The position numbers were made by a program, and so were the translations under genes. This document shows positions 38,171-50,156 of a stretch of DNA of 64,000 bases, piece after piece. Positions within the stretch are counted from its first letter, which is position 1. Each line of letters begins with the position of its first letter. The stretch is from Sphyrna mokarran (Eukaryota): the NCBI GenBank assembly GCA_024679065.1, contig JAGIQG010000013.1:42656001-42720000 (forward strand), given 5' to 3'. The notes below the pieces were generated by a model, which was not told where the DNA came from, searched no databases, and was given only the letters and a program-made list of their open reading frames with translations.

Positions 38171-38901
38171 AAACTTTTTTAAAAAAAAATCAGAAGCAAC
38201 ATGAGGAAATATATTTTTAATAATGAGTGGATAAGATTTTGAATATACTGCCTGATAGAGTAATAACAACAGATTCAATATTATCCTTCAAAAGGAAAGA
38301 AAAGAAAATTGCAGGGATGGGAGGAAAGAGCTGGGGAGTAGGACGAAATGGCTCTTTGTAAGATTTTTTGAAGAATGTTGGCTGAACGTCCTTGTACAGA
38401 GCTGTACTATTCTGTGATTCTCAACAATTTTCTTACAAGGAAATGTACTTTTTTAGTAATGGCAACTGCCTGTGAAAAATAACTAGATGCAATTTCACAA
38501 GAAATTAAATATTGGAAGAGTCCCGCAGTCTTCAATGAAAGTTTCAATGGTTAAACACTAAGAGATTAGGTTGGATTGACTCTGATTGCCTCACCATATC
38601 ACATTATCACAAGCACAACTATTTCTCCCCTGGTCACTCCCAACCTGAAACATGCAACAGGCTATGTGATTTTGATCAACCTATCGTACGCTCAAATGTT
38701 GGTCCAATCGTTGTAAAATTTTGAAACCAAGGTTACCATGGATTTTCATTCCTACACAAAAACTATAGTTTTTAATGTTCTTATTGCTTTTGGGATCATT
38801 TGAAATTACACATTAACCTCTGCGTCAGAATGTTGATCTCCAACCTCTCAAATGTTCTTGGGGATACATTTTTTTTTAATATAATGTAAACTAGACTTAT
38901 T

Positions 38902-39027
38902 GAGCAGGATCTTATAGGCTTGCTTGGGCGAGACCAAAAAATCCCTGCCTGAAGTCAATGGAGATTTCCATTGTCAGACCCTCACCCGCTCTGATTCTGT
39001 GACAGGCAAGATGGTGAAGTTCTGGCC
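38902..39027. mobile_element. Harbinger-type MITE, decayed
   Basis: gagcaggatctta...tgaagttctggcc ends; internal gaagtcaatgga motif shared with other copies. Confidence 0.5.
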
Positions 39028-41805
39028 ATAGGGAATAGGCAATCCATTTTACACCATGCTCAATGTTCTTTACTGACAAAAATGGTACTTATCATATTTA
39101 AACTCTGTTGTATCTAGTTAGCAACCAATTCATTATTAGAAAAGTGATGTTGTTTGATCCAAATTACATTTTTATTTAATTAAGCCTGAGTCATATGCTG
39201 ATAATATGGATGTTAGAAGAACAATAAGACAAACTGACCTTCTCCCTCCCCATAGACAGTGAGATTTACTGCTTTTACCTTCTACTAGCCTTGTCATCCA
39301 TATTTTCAATGAATCCATTTCATTCTGCATGTGCTGTGCATTATTTTACTTCTCATTAATGAATGCATCATAATTGGGCAGGATGTCATTGATAAAATAC
39401 ACTATGTCACAGCAAAGTATGTTTGTGCATTGCAGGCAATGGAAAAAAAAATAGTCCAAATCTCAGAGGATTAATTTGTTTGCTGTTGTTTGTATTGAGC
39501 GCCACTGATGTGCACATCTGAAATATATTTGGCTAATTCAGTAGGCTCTGCTGTCTTTTAAGTGTCAATCAAAGGGAGAGTCAACAGGAGATCAAATAAT
39601 TTTCATAGCTTTTGCCATTTGAACACAGAAAAATGGTTGCTCCATATGAAATTCTTCATGCTCATATCTCCAATGACAACATCCTTTGCCTTCAAGGTAA
39701 GTATTTCACATTATATTTTATGAGGTTACTAATGTAGTGAAAACAATTTCTTAACCCTGCCTCACATTGCTATAACTGGGCCTCGGTTGGTCTTAATAAA
39801 CAAGAATAGGTTAACTTACTTGTTATCCCAAGGCTGGAGATTCATGATGCAACTACGTTTTGTTTCTGTTTTGTTTTAAAAGACATGTTTTGAATATAGA
39901 ACAGCCAATTGTACTATTACAATCCAAGGTCAGCGTCTATATTAACCATAGGAGCCAAATTTATTGTATGTAGGAATGCTGAGACAGTAGTTTTTTGACT
40001 GTTTGTAGAAGTAAAGAGGATATGGGTACAAAAAAGGAACATTTGTCAAATTTATGTTGTTAACTCAGGCATTTTTTTGTAATGAGCTGTAAATGAACTC
40101 GACTAAATTACAATGCCATTTGCAATAATTTATTATACCCTTCAGTTTGGACACCAGCAAGCACAAACTGAATAGAGTATGTGTGCTATCAATGAGTAAC
40201 AGGGAAGAATCAATGAAAAACTTAAATAAGACCACTTGACCAACTCCATCATATATGTATTATAAAACATAATGGTCATGCAGGAGTGACTTTGAACCAG
40301 AAATCTCATCTCAGGAAATAGTAATTACCTTGACTGCTAATAGATTCAGTGCAGATGCTATTCTCTTCGTACATTTTAAACAAGATACTACATAGGCATT
40401 GGAAGTGGAATGTTCTTTCTGAAGGTGGATTTGTCATTATTGAGCACTGCATTTGCATGAGATTTTCCTTCCCCTCTGTGGCATGTTTCGGGGTGGCGGG
40501 AGGCAGCGTGCTGCTCATTGGCTGTGGGACCTACTGGTGCCCTGTTGTCAACGATGTTTCTCATTGAATGCAGTCCTCAGCATTGGGAAAACCATAGCTG
40601 GGATGCGCCATTGGTGGGACTATAAATCCTGCTGTATTTATTGAAGAAGTGCACAAATTTTTAAAAAACAACTTTGACAATATCATTCATTCTCAGAAGA
40701 AGGAAGGATATCATAGAGCTTTTAAGCATTTCAATTTATTACTCATCTACTTTTACAAGTATTTTGGCTCCAGAATTTGACTCTGTTATTCACGGTTTCA
40801 GCACTACACATGCCACTTTGGTATCAAAATTACATCAGCACTGTGTATGCACGCATTCAGCCTGATGCATGCTGGAGACCATTTTGATGCAGGTGTAGGT
40901 ATCTCTGGAGGAATGCAGGATAGGCAGATTGTGAAGTCAATGTATAACGCTTAGGTGACACCAGTGCTGCCATTTCCAATCCCACTGCTCCAGTCACAAG
41001 CAAAGCTGAACATTCATCCAACAGCAGAAAGGATTGTCCACCATCAGCTTAATTTGAAGGGATCAACTCCTTTCAGCTTGGTTGCTGATTGATTTCTAGT
41101 GGTTCTAGTGAAGGCTGAATTCTTCTGTTTTGAGGCTAAGTACCCAAGCCAGCAGGGAAAAGGCAAACGTTTTCCACTGATGCTGGCAGCATTTGTCAGG
41201 TGGAATGCACGTACATGAAAAATGCTAACAAGCTCATTTTGAGCATTCTCCTACCACCTGTTCATTTCCCTTCACGCTTGAATGAATCTCAAATCTCCCA
41301 TTGATCCTGACTGAAATGTTAAGAGTCTAAGCCTAATTGAAAGCCTATGATTTCCTCAAAATGATTGTGATTTGCAAAAGAAGAAGGGAAACCACCTAGG
41401 ATTTTCAGGGAGTATTTTTCTTATCCCAGTGGCACTTTGCACACTTCATCTCCCACCTACTGCAGAAGACTGCAGCCTCAAAGCAGGACAACAACAGCAT
41501 GACATTGACAATGAAGGTGAATCTTCCATGAATTGCTTTGAGGTCCTCGCAGGTTGGCGCAGGCAACGTATGTAGTATCTCTTGGTTTGTCATTCACTGT
41601 TGTGTATGGAAGGTAACTGATGCACTTTATGCTGGGAGAAAGGAATTCAGTGTGGTGTCTCCAAAAGCAGGCAGATCATACACATGGTGTTGCTAGGATA
41701 GTGGACTTTTCCATGATGCAGAGTACCATTTAATACATCCACGTTGCTTTGCGATCTCTCCACTTAGATGTAGAAATGTACTGCAATGACAAAGGATTTC
41801 ACTCA

Positions 41806-42020
41806 TAGAATCATTGAATCTTTACAGTGCAGAACAAGGCATTCAGCCCCTCAGGTTAGTACCAATGAAAGAATAGTCCCAATTCCTGTATCTGCATGTA
41901 TTTACTCCACTAATCTCCCTAATCTACACATCTTCAGATACTAAGGGGCAATTTAGCATGGCCAATCCACTAACCTGCCAAACTTTGTATTGGGGGAGGA
42001 AACTGGAGCACCCAAAGGAA
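41806..42020 (-). mobile_element. HE1-like SINE, 3' part
   Basis: ctaaggggcaatttagcatggccaatccactaacctg and reversed tail, as in 54075-54400. Confidence 0.8.
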
Positions 42021-42024
42021 ATGT

Positions 42025-42345
42025 AGAAACATTGAAACCAGAAGCAGGAGTAGGTCATTTGGCCCTTTGAGCCTGCTCTGCTTTTCATTCTGCTCATGGC
42101 TGATCATTGAATCCAATATCGTGATTGCTCCCTTTTCCCAATATCCCTTGATCTCTTTAACCCGAAGAGTTATGTCTAATTTCTTCCTGAAATCAGACAA
42201 CGTTTTGGCCTCAACTACATTCTGTGGTAGTAAATTCCACACATGCACCACTCTGTGGGTAAAGAAATTTCTTCTCACCTCAGTTCTAAAAAGTTTATCC
42301 CTTATCTTCAAACTATGACCTCTAGACCTGGAAATCCACACAAGA
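42025..42345 (-). mobile_element. CR1 LINE 3' end
   Basis: ORF 41970..42371(-): SRGHSLKIRDKLFRTEVRRNFFTHRVVHVWNLLP. Confidence 0.92.
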
Positions 42346-42442
42346 GACGGGGAGAATGTGTTCTCCCTCAACGTGCTATCAGCATACCATCATACTCAGC
42401 ATTTCATGCACAGCACACCAGAATTCATTTGTTCAAAGACAA

Positions 42443-42591
42443 GAGATGGGATTTTCCGGCTGTTATTGCTCTGAAACTAGAACATCCCGCCCAAAATCAA
42501 TGGACCTTTCCGTGGTACGCACCCCACCGCCCTGCAACAGCCACCCCCTGTCTACAATTCCCATGGAGGGCGGAATGGGAAAATTTGCTCC
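42443..42591. mobile_element. Harbinger-type MITE
   Basis: gagatgggattttcc and ggaaaatttgctcc ends; same family as 30986-31112. Confidence 0.55.
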
Positions 42592-43619
42592 AAAGGCTAT
42601 TTATTGACCATCTTGTCTAGGACTCCAGCGTGCAAACCCAACCACATGTGGTAAATATTCACATGCTGTTGTCACGTGAAACATCATCAAGCAGACTATT
42701 TGGATGTTCAAGCAATGTTTCTGCTGTCTGGTCCATTCTGGAGGAGACTAGTAACACACCACGGAACATGTAACAATTTATCATGGCCTGCTATAATCTG
42801 CATTAAGTCAAGATCATGGGTGCTTAACTCTTAACACCAGTGAACAGCAGAGAAACAGAGAGGTGGAGGAGGAAGAAGAGAACCAACAAATCTCCTTTTT
42901 GGTTGAAGTGTCCTCGATTGGATTATCCAACTACAGGTCCTAGGAACAAAATCTCAAATCTCATTCTACAAGTGTTCTATATTTAACCTTACCTCTATCA
43001 TTATCCTTGCCAGTGGTCACAGTGCTGAAGTAAATAACATCACAAAACAATCATTCCAAACCAACAAATAAAAGCCAGAGAAAATAATTTCTGTGCATCC
43101 CTCGTGTGCAATTGGCTGGCCTCATGCTTTCCCCTGATGCGAGCCAGTGGTTGCAACATAGCTGCAGGGAGGATGCAGACGGGCTTGCAGGACGACTTCG
43201 AGCAGTTCTATGTGACCCAGCTTTGGAATACACAACCTCAGTATGGGTGACAGGAATGTGAGTTGACTGGCTGGCTGACCTGTACCAATGAGGGCAATAG
43301 CAAAGTAGCATTGATGGGAGGATGAACGCTGTCAATCTCAGGTAGGATAACAGGTTCATATTCCACAGTCGCTGCCAGTCCTCCAGGATGATGTCTCAGC
43401 AATCTGACTTGCCGGGCTGCTAAGAAATCCTTAAAGACCCATTGAGCACTGCTACCCCCGAGTCATCATAACAGTAAGCTGGGACTTTGGGACCTCAGTC
43501 GGGGATTCCACTCTAATACTCAGACTAGACTTCTGTTTGTGCAACAATGGAAGCTGAAACACCAGCCATCCGATACTGCAGCATCTTTAGATCAGTATTG
43601 GTGTCGTGAAGGTGGCTAC

Positions 43620-43823
43620 TGTAGTGTTCAATTGTTTGATTGTGTATCTGATCTCTGTTCTGTGTATGTGATTAATTAAGCCTAGGTATGGTAATGTAAG
43701 AGGGAAAGAGAGAGAGAGAGGCTGTACTGAGGCTAGCTCTTGTAAACATAGAAATAAATATTTTAAAACATTGTGAAAAAGAGTGTCTCATTTCTGCATA
43801 ACGCTGAGACATAAAACACAACA
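43620..43823 (+). mobile_element. Short solo LTR (Gypsy-like)
   Basis: Terminal inverted repeat tgtagtgtt and aacacaaca (8/9); aataaa in the 3' half; TSD poorly preserved (gctac/gccat). Confidence 0.55.
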
Positions 43824-43934
43824 GCCATCAGTTTCACATTGGAAGTGATGAACTTCACAATCTGTGTGAAACTTTGTGTCAATTTGGTGCTGGGCTCCCC
43901 CATCCTCCTTCACAGTGAAAGGGAATCTCTGGAT

Positions 43935-44160
43935 AAAAGCAAACTACCGTGAATGCTGGAATCTGAAATTAAAAGAGAAAATGCTGGAAAATGTCAGCAG
44001 GTCTGGCAGCATCTGCAAAGGGAGAAAAGAACTGAAGTTTCGAGTCCAGACGACTCTTCGTCAAAGCTAAAAGTCATAGAAAGTGGAAGATATTTATACT
44101 GCAGGGGAAAGGAAATGAATGATGAGTCATAGCCACTGAAACCAGGGGAGCCATAGGTGT
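43935..44160 (-). mobile_element. Terminal fragment of a second Penelope-like family
   Basis: Sequence unrelated to the Neptune-type pseudo-LTR but carries a minimal hammerhead; matches 15640-15700; PLE assignment is inferred. Confidence 0.6.
44030..44068 (-). ncRNA. Variant minimal hammerhead motif (C3U core)
   Basis: Reverse complement: agct TTGACGA a gagtc gtctg gactc GAAA C TTC agtt. Confidence 0.65.
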
Positions 44161-44959
44161 GGGTGGAGGGGCACAAGTTGGCATAGAGGTTATGAAGAGC
44201 CATGGGCAGGGTTTCAGGCATGAAGTTTCTTAGCTTGGCCTGGAGGTGTTATGGGGATAGGTGAAAATGCAGGGCTATTTTTCATTTCCGTCTTTTTTGA
44301 TTCAATTTAACAAAGCACAGAATGGGCATTCCGGCCAGCCCATCTCCACACCTGGAAGCCTCTACACTCATTCTGGGGACAGCGGCCCAAATTCTAATCT
44401 ACCTTCCATCCCCTTGCCTGTCGCCCTTGGACTTTACACTCCTGCATCACAGTCTGGATAGGCTAGCAGTTTTTGGATATCTGAAGAAAACAAGCGAATG
44501 TGTAGTTATAGTGAACAAAAATAGAGAAAAAAGAGGTACATTCTTACACGTTGAGTGGTATTTTACAGCTCCTTATCAGCGTGTTCGAGGTGGAAGAGCA
44601 GCTTGTAAAATAAAGCTATATCACCCTAGAACAATCAAATCAGAGAGTGGCAAAGAGGCGTCACTGAGGGATTCTGGGAGAGGATGGAGCAATCACCACG
44701 AATGGAGAGCTGATCTTAGCCGGACACCTGACCACTCCCCCTACTCCCCCAAACTCGTGATCAACATGAAGGAGAGCATCAAATCAGAGGGCAGCAGGGA
44801 GATGAGCCAAACGTAGGCAATTGGGACAGGCTGGGAGGGCACCATGGTTGGCATGGACCAGTTGAGTTAAAGGGCCTGTTTCCATTGCTGTATTATTCTA
44901 TTACTCTAAGACTCTAATTGAAATTGCACCCAGTGTAAAATAGCTGCGGGGCAGCCAGT

Positions 44960-45770
44960 CTTTAGGTAATTGGTCTGATAGCTGACTTTTCAATCGGTAG
45001 AACGGGGAATTCAGCTCCACATAAAATCCAGCCCAATGTATAACTCGTATATCCAGAAAGAATGTGGGAAGAAGGGATATGGGATAGGGAATTAAATTTG
45101 ATCATGTCATCATCCTCTATGGTTGCAGCCATGCCACTGGCCATGACTTTATTTGTGGCTTTCAATGATGGTGAGCATCATTTCCTCTGTGGGATGGAGA
45201 ATATGTAGTCCAAATTATTCCCCACCAGTTAAGTGTTGTTGTTGGTGGCTGTTTTCCATTTACTCCTGCAAAAGAGAGGGGAATATATCATTCAGCATTG
45301 GGCCATGTGTTGTTTCCACCATGGCTGAATAGCTGGCAGCATGTGTAAACTGTGAGAAATGGGTGTGAAGCTTGCAGGTGTGCTAAGTTTATAAGAGTGA
45401 GGTGAAGCTAAACATGTGAGGTATGAGCATGGCTTGATGGAAAATTTAGTAGATGAGTTAAGACCGGCAATGAATGAACTAATATGTGAGCCTCATTGTT
45501 CATTTGAAAGAACATAACCAAGAAGCATTCACTGACCTTGATCATGGGAAGCCATTAAACCTCCCATTGCACCGCATCCAAATCCTTGGGTTAGACTGAT
45601 CTGGACAGTCATACCAATCTTCTTCCACTGGCTTTGCAATGTCTGAATGGAAGGCTCATGTGGATCTTTTAACTGCCTACTCCAGTCCACCCCATGCATA
45701 AAGGCTTCCTGGGCTGCATCAGAGAACATTGGAGAAGCACCTGGCCCCAGTGCACCATATTGATTCTTGC
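44960..45770 (-). pseudogene. Harbinger Myb/SANT-like gene remnant, probable partner of 41500-42830
   Basis: ASPMFSDAAQEAFMHGV...QWKKIG resembles the N-terminus of this family; convergent with the transposase remnant. Confidence 0.45.
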
Positions 45771-47714
45771 TTCTGCTCAGAATATTTTCTGCAACTAGTT
45801 CATGTACCTACTGGAGCCAGAATGATCTTCTTCTTTAAAAGATGCATGCTGACTTTAAATATTGCAGGCTGCTCTGAGTGCCCTAGCCTCACATGAGCTT
45901 GGGACCCCTGCTGATGCTTACAGATGCTCATCAGGACAGCTAGCATTAGCTGCGTGCTGTTATTATTGAATTGAACTTCACATTGGAACCAAGAGGGTGA
46001 TCTTGCATTGTGATCACCACATCTGTTTTCAACCTTATCTCTCTTCTCCATGTTAAAACAGCGGGAAAATGAAAATATTTCAGAAGCTTTCACCTTCTTT
46101 CCCAGGGGAGAAAGTTGGAATATTCTTTGAACCTTCCAAGGAAAGGAGTGCCACATTGCAAAAACCTTCTACTTATCTGTTAGATCAAGCTGCATCTCAT
46201 AAACAGATGCTGTGTTCTTCTCTCTAAACCAGTTACATTGGTGTTAAATTATTTGCCTGTTAAGTTGTACATTTTCCAAAAAGTTTTCCAAAAAAAAAGC
46301 AAATATTTAAAAATAAATCTGTGCATTGAACATAGGCTGATTATGTTCAAATTTGGGGAGAGCACTCTGAAGAATACAGAAGGTTTTAACTGTATTGTAT
46401 TTGTAGATTCAAAAACAATGTTTTCAAAAAGATGACTAGGATGCCCACAAATACCAACTAGGTTGCAGTGTCATTTCTGGCAACTGGGAAGACAACAGTT
46501 GTAATTTGTTTAATTTCACATAAAAGAAAGCAAAATCATCTCTTCGTACTTCTATTTATCATTGTTATATGTATTCGCATTCTGCATCCTCCATTTTCCT
46601 AGGAGTAGAGAATCACTCTTTATCGATTCATCCATCAGGCATTCCCAGAAATCCCTCATGCTTTTGACATCTCTGTAGTCAATCTGTTATATCACCTAGC
46701 AGAGAACACCATTAGTTCAATACTGGGGAGACATTGGATTGTGTCGGTCAGGCAATATTGCATTAGGTCAAATTCAGATCATTTTCCAATTAAATCAAAG
46801 AGGTCACTATGTGCTCATTTTTCTAGTGAGCACAATTACTTCATGTAGCACCATAAGCTACTGGGCATGGAGCCAAATGAGGCATTTGCAGTGCAATAAA
46901 AACACATTGTGTAGAGATGAGACAAAGTGATTATCCTAATTATTCAAACATTAAAATCCTTGAAATACACAAAAAGGTCCCGTTATGTCTTGGCAGCTAG
47001 ACACAAATGATTACTTTTGGGAACACGATAATTAAAGAAAAATTGTGTGTTGGCTGGTTAAAAATGTTTCCATAATTGTGATTTCACACAGCCCGAAATG
47101 CAGATGGAAAATGAATACTGATACAAATAGGGAAAGAGGGGTTGAAGACTGAGAAAGATTGATTAACGCCACTGTGACTCATTTTCTGATCACAGGCAGA
47201 GTCGGGGGTGAAAATATTCCGCCCTTGTGAAATGCTGAGCAGGTAAAGGGCAGGGTGTGAATTAGTCCTTTTCTACATGAAGTGGGCCAAACCTGTCAAA
47301 CTCTTGCTGTCAGCTGAACAAGTCCTTGGCATTAAAGGCAGCAGTGACAGAGTTCCCTTTGGATGGCAAGAAATAGTGAGCAGCTGCAGAATTTAAAACT
47401 TGTCACCTCCACTGTACTTGTTACTTTTACTTAATATTTTTGGACGAGAAAAGTACTATTGGGTGTGCTACAGGAACGACCTTGGCTTAACAGAATGCGT
47501 TTTGAAAGTCTAGTTGTAGGTGGTCGAGGCAGAGGAATGAGGACCTGATTGGAATGGAGAGATTCAGTAGCCCAAGTTTGGTTGAAGGAAGTGCTCAGGG
47601 CAGTCATTTCCAACATTGACATTTGTTGCATGCCAGCTACAGTAAAACAAACTTAAGGTGAGAAGTACTACGTTAAAATGCACTGAAATGAAAATTATCT
47701 CTTGAGAAAGAGTT

Positions 47715-47878
47715 AGTAGTAGTGATTTAAGCTGAGGGTCACAACACCTCGGGTGAGGGGCAAGGCTGAGAAGGCCAGGTCTTCATTGTTAACCTCAGTC
47801 AGTATAGGAGTTAAGCCACGCTGTTGGCATCGTTCTGTTTTGTGAACTATCTATCCATATAACTGAGCTAACTGACCT
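47715..47878 (-). mobile_element. Short tRNA-derived SINE, distinct family
   Basis: Reverse complement begins ggtcagttagctcagtt (A-box-like) with a decayed B-box downstream. Confidence 0.55.
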
Positions 47879-48427
47879 CCTTCAAATGCATTATACTAAG
47901 TATGTCTGCCATATATATTGAACAATGTGAAAATGCTTGAATCACTTACGATCAGTGATCAGGAAATACTGCCTTATGCCTCCATGCTACAGCTTACAAT
48001 GTTTTGTTTTACAGCCTTAAAGCCTCATAGCCAATAAAAGTGTCACATGAAATCTAATTGCTTGGAGCATGCACCTGTTTTCACATCCAATATGTACCGC
48101 TTGCTGACACCTCTATTTTACTCTGTCTTGGCAGTCAAAGATAATTCATACTTTTTTGCACTCTTTTCAAACCCATCACAGTGGAGAGGGAATGAAGCAG
48201 CATGTGTAAGTGCAAATCTCTGAGCATGCATACCCTATAAGGAAGAACCTCTACACTTGTGAAGGGTGGAGGCAATATATTTTATAAGGACAAAAAGCTA
48301 GAAGAACTGCAGGTTTGTCATCAAATTCAATCCTTTTCATCCTGTTTTACTAATTTAGAGAATGACTATAAAGCAGAGCACTGCACAGGTCAGCAGGAGC
48401 AATTGCTGATGGCATATGAGAAGGAAG

Positions 48428-48800
48428 ATTTGATTTGATTTTCAATTTGATTTTTTATTGACACATACATTGGTGAAAAGTATTGTTTCTTGCACGCTAT
48501 ACTGTTCATGGAGTACAGAGGGGAGAAGGAAAGGAGAAGGTGCAGAATATAGTTTTACTGTCACAGAAAGATTGACTTAATATAAGCTAGGTGAATTCAA
48601 AAGTTTGACAGCAGTAGGGAAGAAGCTGTTCTTGAGTTGGTCGGCACTTGATCTCATATTTTTCCATCTTTTTCCTGATGGAAAAGAGAATGCCTGGGGT
48701 GTGTGGAATTCTTGATTATGCTGGCTGCTTTTCTGAGGCAGTGGGAAATAAAAGCAGAATCAATGGTTTAGAGGCTGTTCTGTGTGATGGTCTCGGCTAC
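48428..48800 (-). mobile_element. Rex1/L2-group LINE 3' end
   Basis: Reversed (atcaa)n tail; homologous to 52745-53297. Confidence 0.8.
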
Positions 48801-50156
48801 ATTGGTCAACAATCACAAAGAGTTGTTAATGATTTTGAAGGTTTCACTTCTTGATTAAAGAGTCTGAGGCATAGGATGTTATGCATTTTGTTTTTAAAAG
48901 AGGAAAACTTGTGACGTGCATGTACAGGCACTGGGAAACGTGTCAGACCCTGGCAGCAGATGACAGGTCAGATGGAGGAATCTATTCTTGAAATGCACAG
49001 CATGATAATGGCTTTGAAGCAACACATTCCACAAAGGAGCATGTGATAGATCTGTCTATAGTAGAGACACCCTGAATTTGCTCGCTTAGAGGTCTGAAAT
49101 ATTAGGTTTGGGAGAGAGCTAGGCAGTAGCACATAAAGGGGTAGAACTTCTGCTCAGTTGTGTTGGTTTTTATGGTGTAACTTGCTGAAAATTGATGGAC
49201 ACCATAGAAAAAAAAATCTGAATTTTCAGTTCATGTGAATTAAATTTCTAAAAGCATGTAGACTAGTTTAAAAATCATCTTGCTAGAACAAACAACTCAA
49301 CAAATTCTCAGGGTAAATTCATCACTACTGAACATTCTACTAATGGCACTTACTTCTTATTGACACAAAGATACATCAGCTTCAGAATGTAATTTTCAAA
49401 TAAAAAAATCCCTAAAAGTTAATGACGGTGACCCAATATAAGTAGCATATGATTCCGGTTGTGGTTTTAAAAATAAACTTTCAGTAATTTAAAATTGGGT
49501 TTCTCACAGGTGGTGGGTTAACACTATTATTAAGAATGCTTAATTTTTTGTGATTAAATCCATTTTCAGTTGTATTAATCAACCTCAGCAAGTTACCAGT
49601 ATTTATTGCATTGCAAATTATATCATACATTCCTCTTCAATTGAATTTTGAAACATTGCAGGATTGTGCATGTTCATGGCTGATTTTGCATTCAGCAAAA
49701 TGCAAATATGTTTCAGTGAAAGCTTGAGAGAAAGAGAACATTTTTCAAAATGGGCACAGATCTGAATGAAATTTGTGTCCAGATGGTTGATTGGCAATAA
49801 AATGGAAAACTTCCTCTCAATATACGGTAGAGCTTTGTTGATTTTTTTTTTCTGGGTCCAATTAGGCCTGTATTATTGCTGTAAATCATGATACAGATCA
49901 TGAACAGATATAAGTTGTACTAATTGAACTAGCTGTTGTACAGAAATGGCTACCGATACAAGTTCTGTCATTCTCTTGGCATAACAATATATATGGGTCA
50001 CCCAAAGTTTTACCTGTGTCTGCATGATCATGGACCCAGGATACCCATGCAATCACACACAAGAATTGTGGTAGGTCCATAGAAAACCACCTCAGTTACA
50101 GAAGGTGCCTATTGGGAAATAGCGGTCAGCCTCCTTGAATATTGTTGCCAATATTA

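Larger units (their letters stand above)
36360..38420 (+). mobile_element. CR1 LINE 3' region split by an LTR-like insertion and a SINE
   Basis: KCEVIQFGGKN...QEQRGLWVFVHKSLKVAT; sequence resumes at 37824 and 38190. Confidence 0.8.
41500..42830 (+). pseudogene. Second Harbinger transposase remnant, fragmented by insertions
   Basis: FSMMQSTI*YIHVALRS...YCNDKGFHS (41705-41805), SLNV (about 42365), KGYLL...TP (about 42592), IIKQTIWMFKQCFCCLVHSGG (about 42680-42745). Confidence 0.7.

Noticed and set aside
44322-44816. Longest ORF in the track (164 aa)
   Set aside because: Runs across unrelated repeat fragments, including CR1 pieces; no domain recognised
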